Virus record (IMG/VR): IMGVR_UViG_3300031963_015219
Span: 1 to 24,822 of that record
DNA length: 24,822 nt
Strand: one strand, 5' to 3'
DNA from: a virus
Lineage: Duplodnaviria; Caudoviricetes
The notes under the pieces are model-generated. The model worked only from the letters and a program-made list of their open reading frames with translations. It was not told where the DNA came from and made no database searches. Both the position numbers and the translations under genes were made by a program. Below, piece after piece: positions 16,291 to 24,602 of this stretch (positions are counted from its first letter, which is position 1; each line of letters opens with the position of its first letter).

Positions 16291-16936
16291 TTCCCCAAAA
16301 GCCCGGACGCTCGCCAATGGCATCGAAGTCTGGTGCAGTTTTGATAAGCTCGTGCCGGTGGGCGAACTAAAACCCAACCCGCGCAACCCGAACACGCACC
16401 CGCAGCGACAGATCGAGCTGCTCGCCAAAAACATCCGCTACTTCGGATGGCGGCAGACGATCACAGTTTCCAATCTCACCGGCCTGATCGTTTCCGGGCA
16501 CGGTCGCCTGATGGCCGCCAAGCACCTCGGCGTCGAAGTCGTGCCGGTGGACTATCAGGACTTCGCCAGCGAAAACGATGAACTCGCCGTGCTGGTCGCC
16601 GACAACCGGTTGGCCGAACTTTCCACCGTCGATCTCAACGAACTCGAAAAAATCGCCAGCGAGTGGAAGGCCATCGACTTCGACACGATCCTCGCAGGCT
16701 TCGAGCCAGCCGACATCGAGGGCCTGCTCAATCCGGGCGGCAATGACGATGACGAGGATGACGACGACCGCCACGACAAGGAACTCGACAAGAGCGACGT
16801 CACCGTCGCGGTTGGCCTCTATCGGTTCCGCATCACTCAGGATGAATTCATCGCGTGGTGCGACCGCGTGAAACAAGACGCCGGTTTCGACAAGGAAAGC
16901 GTGCTCAACGAAATTCGCAGCCGCCTCGGACTATGA
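16280..16936 (+). CDS. ParB/Srx N-terminal domain protein (218 aa)
   Basis: LKPNPRNPNTH, IRYFGWRQTI, IVSGHGRLMAA, LVADNRLAE; acidic linker and short C-terminal domain. Confidence 0.88.
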   Translation: MTDDSPKARTLANGIEVWCSFDKLVPVGELKPNPRNPNTHPQRQIELLAKNIRYFGWRQTITVSNLTGLIVSGHGRLMAAKHLGVEVVPVDYQDFASENDELAVLVADNRLAELSTVDLNELEKIASEWKAIDFDTILAGFEPADIEGLLNPGGNDDDEDDDDRHDKELDKSDVTVAVGLYRFRITQDEFIAWCDRVKQDAGFDKESVLNEIRSRLGL

Positions 16937-18447
16937 ACATCTCCCTCGAATCCATCGAAGCCGTTAGACCATCGACCTACAACCCACGGTCAGCGGTTGC
17001 CGAGCGGCTTGACCTGATTGAACTGTCGCTTCGCAAGCTCGGTTTCATCGCCCCGATCTTTGCCGACTCGGACGGCGAGATTCTTTCCGGCCACCAGCGC
17101 CACCTCGTCGCATCGCGCATGGATGCCACGCACGTTCCGGTATCCCGGACCAAGGCGCTCGACCTCGACCAGCGCAAGGCGCTGAACATCGTCTTCAACC
17201 GGGCGACCAACGACTTCGATTTCAACAGCACGCCTGGCAGGGTCACCAGTGAGTTGCAATCACTGGACATCGAGGCTCTCGCCGCTCGGATTCCCGACAA
17301 AGAGGTCGGCAGCGATGGATTCCTACGCTGCCTCAAGCCTGCGGAAGTGAGCGTAAAGGATCTTTGCCGGGTGAACTCGGGTCGCTGGATCCAGTATGCC
17401 CGCAACCTCGCCCGCACGCTGCATCGCCACGGCATCCTCATGCCCATCGTCTGCCGTCAGGATCTCACGGTCATCAACGGCATCGGCAGATTGGAAATGC
17501 TCGCGGAGAAAGGCGTGGCGTTCGCTCCGGTCGTGTTTGTCACCGAGGAGGAAGCGGAATTCGCCCGGGCCATGATGAATCTGCTCTCAATGGATTTCGA
17601 CATCCACACGCGCTATGCCGACATGCTGCGATTCAATTCGTTCCGCCGCGCACGCCGCGTCAGGCGCGAGCTTGGAAACGGATTCATCTTCGCCACGCAT
17701 GGCGCGAAGCCATGCAAGGACTTCGACATCGGCAAGGCATCCGACCGCACCCGCTGGACCAAGGAACATGGTTCGACGATTCTCGACTTCGGTGCCGGCC
17801 ACCTGACGGAAACCTTTCTGCTGCGGCAGGCCGGTATCGACTGCACGCCGTTCGAACCCTACCGGCTCGGACCAGGGGGCATCAACAAAGCGGAGAGTGT
17901 GGAACTGGCACGCGCATTCCTCGCGGAAGTGGCGGCGGGCAAGGAATGGACGAGCATCTTCATTGCAAGCGTGCTGAATTCCGTGCCGTTCCGTGAAGAC
18001 CGCGAGCACATCGCCTGCCTCTGCGCTGCTCTGTGCAAGCCGTTCACCAAAGTCTATGCCTGCGCATCTTCGGCGGGGGAATCCGGATGGCGGCAGGTCA
18101 ATGGCAAGGCATTCATGAACGAATCCAACGCGGGCAACATCGCGTTCCGCCTCGACTACGAACCCGGCATCCGCATCGGTGATTTTCAGGACAAGCCCAA
18201 GGTCCAGAAGTATCACACCGTTTCGGAGTTCCGTGATCTCTTCGGCCCGTTCTTCCGCTCGGTGAAGGTCGATGACTTTTCCAACAACATCAACGCGGCC
18301 TGTGCGTCGGCACGTCCCGTCGATCCAGCCCGCCTGCGTGCGGCCATCGAGTTCGAATTCAACCTGCCCTATCCGGACGGCACCCGCATGGAACTCGCGC
18401 AATGCGCCATGGACTCTTTCTCTCAACGTCTTCAGATTACCCTATGA
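16933..18447 (+). CDS. Tandem ParB-like domains fused to a class I SAM-dependent methyltransferase-like domain (504 aa)
   Basis: ParB1 PSTYNPR...GFIAPI...ILSGHQR; ParB2 HGILMPI...VINGIGRL; MTase ILDFGAG, FEPY, SVLNSVP...DR, QKYHTVSEF. Confidence 0.78.
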   Translation: MNISLESIEAVRPSTYNPRSAVAERLDLIELSLRKLGFIAPIFADSDGEILSGHQRHLVASRMDATHVPVSRTKALDLDQRKALNIVFNRATNDFDFNSTPGRVTSELQSLDIEALAARIPDKEVGSDGFLRCLKPAEVSVKDLCRVNSGRWIQYARNLARTLHRHGILMPIVCRQDLTVINGIGRLEMLAEKGVAFAPVVFVTEEEAEFARAMMNLLSMDFDIHTRYADMLRFNSFRRARRVRRELGNGFIFATHGAKPCKDFDIGKASDRTRWTKEHGSTILDFGAGHLTETFLLRQAGIDCTPFEPYRLGPGGINKAESVELARAFLAEVAAGKEWTSIFIASVLNSVPFREDREHIACLCAALCKPFTKVYACASSAGESGWRQVNGKAFMNESNAGNIAFRLDYEPGIRIGDFQDKPKVQKYHTVSEFRDLFGPFFRSVKVDDFSNNINAACASARPVDPARLRAAIEFEFNLPYPDGTRMELAQCAMDSFSQRLQITL

Positions 18448-18896
18448 TCATCCTGCTAGACCTCAACTACACGCTGGTGGCGAACTCGCCCAAGCACGGC
18501 ACCACGCCCGAGCGCATGGAGAAGCGACTGGCCAACGAACAATATCGCCAGTGGCTCGTCGAACTCGTGCGACCTCACACGGTCGTGCTCATCACCGCCC
18601 GCCCGGAAACCTGGACGATCAAAACGCTCGACCGCATCGAGGAACAAACCGGGTGGCGTCCGCAGGATGCGTGCTTCGCGCCGAAGGGCTGGTGGAATCC
18701 ACCTGCGATCAAGGAACATCTGCTGAAAAAAGACGTGTTTCCGACTCATGGCGATGACGCCCGCTACCTTGCGATTGAGAGCAATCCACGGACCCGCGAA
18801 ATGTATGCCCGGTTCTCGATCCCGTGCTTCTGGGTGACGACGGAAGGCACCTGCTTGACCGAGGGAACGCGCATCGTCAAACGCCTGCCGCGTTGA
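18444..18896 (+). CDS. HAD-superfamily protein (PNKP phosphatase-like, variant motifs)
   Basis: IILLDLNYTL (motif I variant), LITARPE (II), PAIK (III), AIESNP (IV variant). Confidence 0.7.
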   Translation: MIILLDLNYTLVANSPKHGTTPERMEKRLANEQYRQWLVELVRPHTVVLITARPETWTIKTLDRIEEQTGWRPQDACFAPKGWWNPPAIKEHLLKKDVFPTHGDDARYLAIESNPRTREMYARFSIPCFWVTTEGTCLTEGTRIVKRLPR

Positions 18897-18912
18897 CATC
18901 CGCCACGCGGGC

Positions 18913-19635
18913 ATGAGTGAAGCCCAACGTGACGAGGTGATTCCACGCGGAGCCTGGCAGTTCGATCAGGAAGTGACTGCGGTGTTCGACGATATGCTCC
19001 AGCGGAGCATTCCGCAATATAACGCGATGCGGATGGTGACCTTCGAGGTTGGTCGGCGCTTCGTGCAACCCGGCACCGCCATTATCGACATGGGATGCTC
19101 CCGCGGCCAAGCACTCTTGCCGTTCGTCTCCAACTTCGGCGCGGCCAACGATTACATCGGCTTGGAAATCAGCGATCCAATGATCGAGGCAGCGCGTCAG
19201 AACTTCAACTACCACCCTCACGGCAATCGCGTCAGCATCCAGTCTGCCGACCTGCGCCACGAGTTCCCCGGTGTGACATCCAGCCTCGTGCTCTCGGTGC
19301 TCACCCTGCAATTCACCCCCATCGAATACCGCCAGCAGATCGTGCGACGGGTGTTCGAGTCGCTGGCCCCCGGTGGAGCTTTCATCCTGGTAGAGAAGGT
19401 TCTCGGTGCCACCGCCAAGCTCGATGAGGCGTTCGTGAATCTCTTCCTCAACATCAAGCGGGAGAACGGATATTCCGAGAGTCAGATCGACCGCAAGCGG
19501 ATGTCGCTGGAAGGCGTGCTGGTTCCCGTCACCGCCCGCTGGAACGAGGAACTTCTCCATCAGGAAGGTTTCACCTCGGTCGATTGTTTCTGGCGGCACC
19601 TGAACTTCGCCGGATGGGTGGCGGTCAAGCCATGA
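18913..19635 (+). CDS. cmoA: Carboxy-S-adenosyl-L-methionine synthase CmoA homolog
   Basis: WQFDQEVTAVFDDMLQRSIPQY, DMGCSRG, LTLQF, PGGAFILVEK, KRENGYSESQIDRKRMSLEGVLVP, WRHLNF match CmoA along its length. Confidence 0.85.
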   Translation: MSEAQRDEVIPRGAWQFDQEVTAVFDDMLQRSIPQYNAMRMVTFEVGRRFVQPGTAIIDMGCSRGQALLPFVSNFGAANDYIGLEISDPMIEAARQNFNYHPHGNRVSIQSADLRHEFPGVTSSLVLSVLTLQFTPIEYRQQIVRRVFESLAPGGAFILVEKVLGATAKLDEAFVNLFLNIKRENGYSESQIDRKRMSLEGVLVPVTARWNEELLHQEGFTSVDCFWRHLNFAGWVAVKP

Positions 19636-20252
19636 GCAATCCACGATCTCACGACGAAGCGCGGCAAACTCTCGCCCCGGACATCGCCGAGAAGATCCTC
19701 GATGCCGATTTCCAGAACATCGTCAAGAAGGTCGCCGCCGGAAAGCCGCTCACGGTTGCCGAACGCACACGCATCGAATCCCGGGCGGCCGGCAGTGCGG
19801 AAACGCTGGCCTACACCAAGACACTCGTGGAACTCGCCGCCGTGCTTGGCGTTTCTCGCCGCACGCTTTCGACTTGGCAGAAGATAGACGGCGCGCCCAA
19901 GGCGCTGTCCAACGGACTTTGGCCGGTGGCCGATTGGCGCGAGTTCGTCCGTATCCGCGGACTGAATGCCGGACGCGTGCCGGTCGGCAACGAGGAGGCA
20001 CTCAAAGCCCGAAAGCTTCTGGCAGAAGTTGAAGAGCGGGAGCTGCGCATCGCGGTGAAGAAGGGCGAATACGTCGCGCTCACCAAAGTCCGTGAGGAAT
20101 GGATCGGTCTGGTAGCCCAGGCGACATCCATCTTGCGAGCCAAGTTTGAGAATGAGCTTCCGCCCGTGCTCTCCGGTCTCGACGCCACCGGCATCCAGCG
20201 GGAATGCCGCCGCGCCATCGACGAAGTTCTGCGCTGCCTCCACGAATCATGA
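19632..20252 (+). CDS. Terminase small subunit (Nu1-like)
   Basis: wHTH ELAAVLGVSRRTLSTWQK..GAP and coil KARKLLAEVEERELRIAVKKGEYV; directly upstream of TerL. Confidence 0.8.
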   Translation: MSNPRSHDEARQTLAPDIAEKILDADFQNIVKKVAAGKPLTVAERTRIESRAAGSAETLAYTKTLVELAAVLGVSRRTLSTWQKIDGAPKALSNGLWPVADWREFVRIRGLNAGRVPVGNEEALKARKLLAEVEERELRIAVKKGEYVALTKVREEWIGLVAQATSILRAKFENELPPVLSGLDATGIQRECRRAIDEVLRCLHES

Positions 20253-22069
20253 ATGCTCTCAAAGAAATCTGGCGCGAGGCATGGCAACCGCCCGACCGTC
20301 GCCCCGCTTGGGAATGGTGTGAGGATCACATCGAGGCGATTCCGTATTCACCCAACCCGGGACGCTTCCGCTCGGACAACTCGCCGTGGATTCGCGAGGT
20401 CATGGAATCTCTGGTCGATCCCCGCATCCGTCTGGTTTCGATCATCGCATCCGTCCAGTCATCCAAGACCACCGCGCCCGAGCTGACGCTCTGTTACATC
20501 ATTTCCAACCTGCCGGGACCCGCACTTTGGCTCGATCAAACCGACGAGGATGCTCGCGATTATTCCGAGTCGCGACTGCAGAAGCTCTTCGACCAGTGCC
20601 AGCCGGTCGCACGGCTCATGCCTACCGGCGTTCACCGCCACAAGCGGAAAAACAACGCGATCCAGTTCAACAACGGCATGACGCTCTGGATTCTCGGAGC
20701 GCACAACAAGACCAACCTCCAGCGTCGTTCGATCCGCTGGTTGATCGGCGACGAAACCTGGCGCTGGCCGCAAGGTCACATGGCGGAAGCCGAAGCCCGC
20801 GTGACCGCCTTCGGCTGGCTGGGGAAGTGCATTTTCATGAGTCAGGGCGGCGAGGAAGACGACGACACCCACCGCAAATTCGAGATGACCGACCAGCGCG
20901 AATGGACGTTCGCCTGTCCGGAGTGCCATCACCGCCAGCCGTTCAAGTGGGAATGCGTGGAGTGGAGCAAATCGGCCAGGGATGAATCCGGCGAATGGGA
21001 TTTTGACGAGGTTCGGCGCACCGCCGCCATGCGCTGCGAATCGTGCAATCACTATTTCAACGACGGCGAGCGCACCCGGCGCGAGCTGAATGCCACCGGG
21101 GCCTTCGTCGCCAAGAATCCAAAAGCATCGAAAGAGAACGTCGGCTTTCACTGGAACGCCCTGTGCGCGATGAGCTGGGGGCAGTTGGCCGAACTCTACC
21201 TGCGGGCGAAGGCGGCGGCGCGGAAAGGTGACGTATCGTTGCTGCAACAGTTCTATCAGAAGCGACTCGGTTTGCCATGGCGCGAATATGTCGAGGATTA
21301 CAAACTCGAAATCGTCAAATCCGGCTACAAGCGCGGCGAGACATGGGAAGAGGAAGGCGCGATTGATCCGAAGACGGGCAAAATCCTCGCTGCACCGCTG
21401 CCAGAACGCACCGGCCTCATTCCGCTGCGCTTCATCACGGTGGACTGCCAAATGGATCACCTGTTCGTCGTGGTTCGCTCTTGGTCGGCGGAGGGATCTA
21501 GCCGCCTCATGTGGAACGAGCGCATCCTGACCTTCACCGACATCGACGTGTTGCAGGAACGATTCGAGGTGCATCCAAGTCTCGTGTTTCTCGACGCCGG
21601 CTATGCGACCTACGACGTCTATCGAGAATGCGCCAAGCGTGGGTGGGTGGCATTGATCGGCGACCGTCGCCCGGTCTATCCGCACAAGGGACGCGACGGC
21701 AAAACCGTCCAGCGGTTCTACTCACCCAGGCGCAAGGTGGTGTTGTCGCATCGCCAACACTGCCACGTTCACTACTGGAGTAACCTCAACATCAAGGACA
21801 CGCTCGCCCGCCTGCGTCGTAATCAGGATCCAGCACAAGGCCCGACATGGGAAGTGCCGGACGACATCGACGACGACTATCTCGCCCAACTGGAAAGCGA
21901 GCAACGCATCAAGGAAAAGGGCCAATGGATGTGGAAGCAAATCGGCTCGCGGCCGAACCACTACTTCGACTGCGAGGCGGAACAGGCCGCCGCCGCGACC
22001 ATGCTCAAGATCGTCGGACGGGAGTCCATCGCTGCCGCCCCGGTTGACACCCCTGACGGGGAGTTATGA
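20249..22069 (+). CDS. Terminase large subunit, lambda GpA family
   Basis: PGRFR...PW.RE.M, SVQSSKT, LIGDE, CPECHH...CESC, GFHWNAL, TVDCQ, DAGY, NHYFDCE. Confidence 0.92.
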   Translation: MNALKEIWREAWQPPDRRPAWEWCEDHIEAIPYSPNPGRFRSDNSPWIREVMESLVDPRIRLVSIIASVQSSKTTAPELTLCYIISNLPGPALWLDQTDEDARDYSESRLQKLFDQCQPVARLMPTGVHRHKRKNNAIQFNNGMTLWILGAHNKTNLQRRSIRWLIGDETWRWPQGHMAEAEARVTAFGWLGKCIFMSQGGEEDDDTHRKFEMTDQREWTFACPECHHRQPFKWECVEWSKSARDESGEWDFDEVRRTAAMRCESCNHYFNDGERTRRELNATGAFVAKNPKASKENVGFHWNALCAMSWGQLAELYLRAKAAARKGDVSLLQQFYQKRLGLPWREYVEDYKLEIVKSGYKRGETWEEEGAIDPKTGKILAAPLPERTGLIPLRFITVDCQMDHLFVVVRSWSAEGSSRLMWNERILTFTDIDVLQERFEVHPSLVFLDAGYATYDVYRECAKRGWVALIGDRRPVYPHKGRDGKTVQRFYSPRRKVVLSHRQHCHVHYWSNLNIKDTLARLRRNQDPAQGPTWEVPDDIDDDYLAQLESEQRIKEKGQWMWKQIGSRPNHYFDCEAEQAAAATMLKIVGRESIAAAPVDTPDGEL

Positions 22070-22443
22070 AAACCGTCACGATCCTACGCTTTCTCACCTT
22101 CCTTGGTTCCGGTCTCACCACAATGGCCGCGATTGACCTCTCGGGCTTCGCCAATCTGCTCGACGCGGACAAGGCGCAATACCTGCTCATCGCTGGTCCC
22201 GCCGCGCTGGCATTGAAGGAACTGGTTGTCGTTCTCGGCGACCTCTTCGACGACGGCAAGCCCAACAAATCGTTCAAGGTCGGGCTGTTCTGCTTCGCCA
22301 TGGCGGTGCTGACCGTTCCGTTCCTCGCCTCGTGCGCCACGCCCCCTGCGGTCACTGGTGAATTCATCAACAAAGACGGTCGCATCCGGGTTCATCCGGA
22401 CGGTCGCGTCGAAATCGTCGTGGAACCCCGCACCTCCAAGTAA
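22066..22443 (+). CDS. Membrane protein, putative holin/spanin-like lysis accessory
   Basis: Two to three hydrophobic segments, the last ending in lipobox-like FLASC; precedes the endolysin. Confidence 0.55.
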   Translation: MKTVTILRFLTFLGSGLTTMAAIDLSGFANLLDADKAQYLLIAGPAALALKELVVVLGDLFDDGKPNKSFKVGLFCFAMAVLTVPFLASCATPPAVTGEFINKDGRIRVHPDGRVEIVVEPRTSK

Positions 22444-22446
22444 GCC

Positions 22447-22881
22447 ATGAACTCGTTCAATGAATGGTTCGCGGCCCAGGGGTTCCGTCACTTCGGCGCG
22501 GGCGAGTTCACCAGCTATTTTGCTCGTGAGCGAAACGGCGTGAAGAACAGCCCGCCGCCGAGGCGGTTGTGGAAGAACATCGTTCCGACGCTTCGCATCG
22601 TGGACGATCTCCGCGATTCATTCGGCAAGCCCTGCCGCATCCTGAGTTCGTATCGCGCCCCGGCTTACAACAAGACGGTCGGCGGTGCCCCGCTCAGCCA
22701 GCATCTTGAATTCAAGGCTCTCGACATCGCATTCGACGGCATCAGCCCGCAGCGCGTCTATGACCGACTGCTTGAATGGCGCAAGGCGGGCAAGTTCATC
22801 GGCGGCCTCGGCCTCTATCCATCGTCCGGTTTCGTCCACATCGACACGCGGGGACGCAACGCCACTTGGAAAGGCAACTGA
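22447..22881 (+). CDS. Peptidase M15A family endolysin
   Basis: SSYR..YN..VGGA..SQH...ALDI and GLGLY...FVHIDTRG zinc-binding motifs. Confidence 0.88.
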   Translation: MNSFNEWFAAQGFRHFGAGEFTSYFARERNGVKNSPPPRRLWKNIVPTLRIVDDLRDSFGKPCRILSSYRAPAYNKTVGGAPLSQHLEFKALDIAFDGISPQRVYDRLLEWRKAGKFIGGLGLYPSSGFVHIDTRGRNATWKGN

Positions 22882-22884
22882 TCC

Positions 22885-23145
22885 ATGGCCCGCGGACTCT
22901 TCATCACCGGCTTCACGATTTCCGAAGTGCTCGCGATCCAGCAGCGGGCGAAGGAATTTCTGATCGAGGGCAAAACCCTCATGACCTGGAACGAGGCGGG
23001 CAGCTCGGCATCGAAGCAGTTCACCATGCCGGTCGATCAGGTTCTTGAGGAGTGCGGCCATGCGCTTCGAGTTCTTGATCCCGCCACCTACGGCAAACCC
23101 CGCATTGCCGCAGCCTCCTTCATCTCCGGCTACCTGCCGAAATGA
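22885..23145 (+). CDS. Putative head-tail joining protein (gpW position)
   Basis: 86 aa with a helix-hairpin-helix pattern, overlapping the portal start. Confidence 0.55.
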   Translation: MARGLFITGFTISEVLAIQQRAKEFLIEGKTLMTWNEAGSSASKQFTMPVDQVLEECGHALRVLDPATYGKPRIAAASFISGYLPK

Positions 23146-24602
23146 CACGACTTAAATCCATCGCCTGCCTTTTGCTGCCCCCCGTGCTTGTCCCGAAAGC
23201 ATGGGGTTCGCCGTTTGAAGCCGCCAACTGGTCGCCCCGCCGTGGATCGGTGCCTGGTGCCGCGCCGACGGATTCCCGCAACGAACTGACTTCCACGATC
23301 CGCACCGAGCTGGTTCGCAAGTCGCGATACATGCACAAGAACTCGGGTTTTGTGCGCGAGTTGGTTGCCAACATGGCGATTTACTCGACCGGCGACGGAA
23401 TCCGCGTTCAGGCACAATCGCAAAAGCCGGAATGGAACCGGGCCGCTGAAGCCTATTTCGCGCTCTGGTCTGCCCGCTGCGAGGTGACGCGGCGGTTTTC
23501 CTTCGAGGAATGCCAGGCGCTCGTTTGCCGGGGCATGGACATCGACGGCGAATACTTCATCCACAAGACCCGCGATGCTCAGGGTGAACCGCGCATCCAG
23601 TTGCTCGAAAGCCATCGCATCGGCGACCTGTTCGGATCGAAAGACACCGTGGATGGCGTCGGCCTCGATCCTTTCGGCGCTCCGCTTTTCTATCGAGTGA
23701 TCGAGGACAGCGGTAAAACCCGCGACATGCCAGCGGAGTCCATCCTCCACATCCACGAACCCGAATGGGCCGGTGGTGTGCGCTCACATCCAACGATCCA
23801 GCATTCGATCAACCATGTGCTCGACGAAATGGAATTGCTCGCGCTCGAAAAACACGCCGTCAAAGACAATGCCGACGTGTCGCGCATCCTCAAGACGGCT
23901 CGTGGCGAGATCGACGACAACGGTGATTTCGTGGTCGGAGGCGCGGCTGGCAACGGGGAAGCCAGCGACCCTGTGTCTCTTCAGAAAATCGTCGGTGGCA
24001 AACTGGTGGCACTCAAACCAGACGAGTCTCTCGACAGTTTTCAATCCAACCGCCCGTCCCCCACGTTCACCGGGTTTCTGGAACACCTGCGACGTGACTC
24101 TGCGCTGGGAATGATCCCGTTCGAGTTCGCGGCGGATTCCAGCAAGATCGGCGGCGCGGGTGTGCGTTTGATCGTCGCCAAGGCGGATCGTCGGTTCTCG
24201 TTCCGCCAGATGATCCTCGAACGCCGACTGATCCGCCCGGTGTGGACTTACGTGATTGGCGATGCGATTTCACGCGGATTGCTGCCGGCCATCGAAGGCT
24301 GGTGGAAAATCTGCACGGTGCCGCCGAAGCGCGTGACCGTGGACGCCGGACGCGAAGCCCAACAAAACCGCGCCGACGTGGAGATGGGACTCAAGACGCT
24401 ATCAGATCATTTCCAGGAACTCGGTGCCGACTTCGGCGAGGAAATCGAACGCCGAGCCAGTGATGCGAAGCTCATTCTCGAAACCGCCGAGAAACATGGC
24501 GTGCCGGTCGAGATGCTATGGAAGCCATCAGGCTCCGCGTTGACACCGCCGACCGAGCGTGAGTCCGGTAATTCAAAATCGCGAGTGGCTGATTCAGCCT
24601 GA
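23142..24602 (+). CDS. Phage portal protein, lambda family
   Basis: R.ELVRKSRYM.KN.GF, GDGI, DGEYFI, IQLLESHRI, DGV.LD.FG.P..Y, ILH, VDAGRE. Confidence 0.92.
   Translation: MTRLKSIACLLLPPVLVPKAWGSPFEAANWSPRRGSVPGAAPTDSRNELTSTIRTELVRKSRYMHKNSGFVRELVANMAIYSTGDGIRVQAQSQKPEWNRAAEAYFALWSARCEVTRRFSFEECQALVCRGMDIDGEYFIHKTRDAQGEPRIQLLESHRIGDLFGSKDTVDGVGLDPFGAPLFYRVIEDSGKTRDMPAESILHIHEPEWAGGVRSHPTIQHSINHVLDEMELLALEKHAVKDNADVSRILKTARGEIDDNGDFVVGGAAGNGEASDPVSLQKIVGGKLVALKPDESLDSFQSNRPSPTFTGFLEHLRRDSALGMIPFEFAADSSKIGGAGVRLIVAKADRRFSFRQMILERRLIRPVWTYVIGDAISRGLLPAIEGWWKICTVPPKRVTVDAGREAQQNRADVEMGLKTLSDHFQELGADFGEEIERRASDAKLILETAEKHGVPVEMLWKPSGSALTPPTERESGNSKSRVADSA

Noticed and set aside
16742-16780. GAY-rich trinucleotide run
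   Set aside because: It encodes an acidic linker (NDDDEDDDDRHD) and is not an independent repeat element.
16280-18447. ParB genes as a plasmid partition system
   Set aside because: No ParA and no HTH/parS-binding domain seen. These are the ParB-N type found beside terminases.
18913-19635. cmoA as a host tRNA-modification gene marking the prophage edge, or acting on the phage tRNA
   Set aside because: It overlaps terS, no cmoB is present, and a CAT anticodon is not a cmo5U substrate.
20459-21685. 408-aa minus-strand ORF, and similar long antisense ORFs (11035-11985, 17587-18426, 7873-8646, 18877-19644)
   Set aside because: Shadow frames opposite well-supported genes in GC-rich DNA, with no recognisable motifs.
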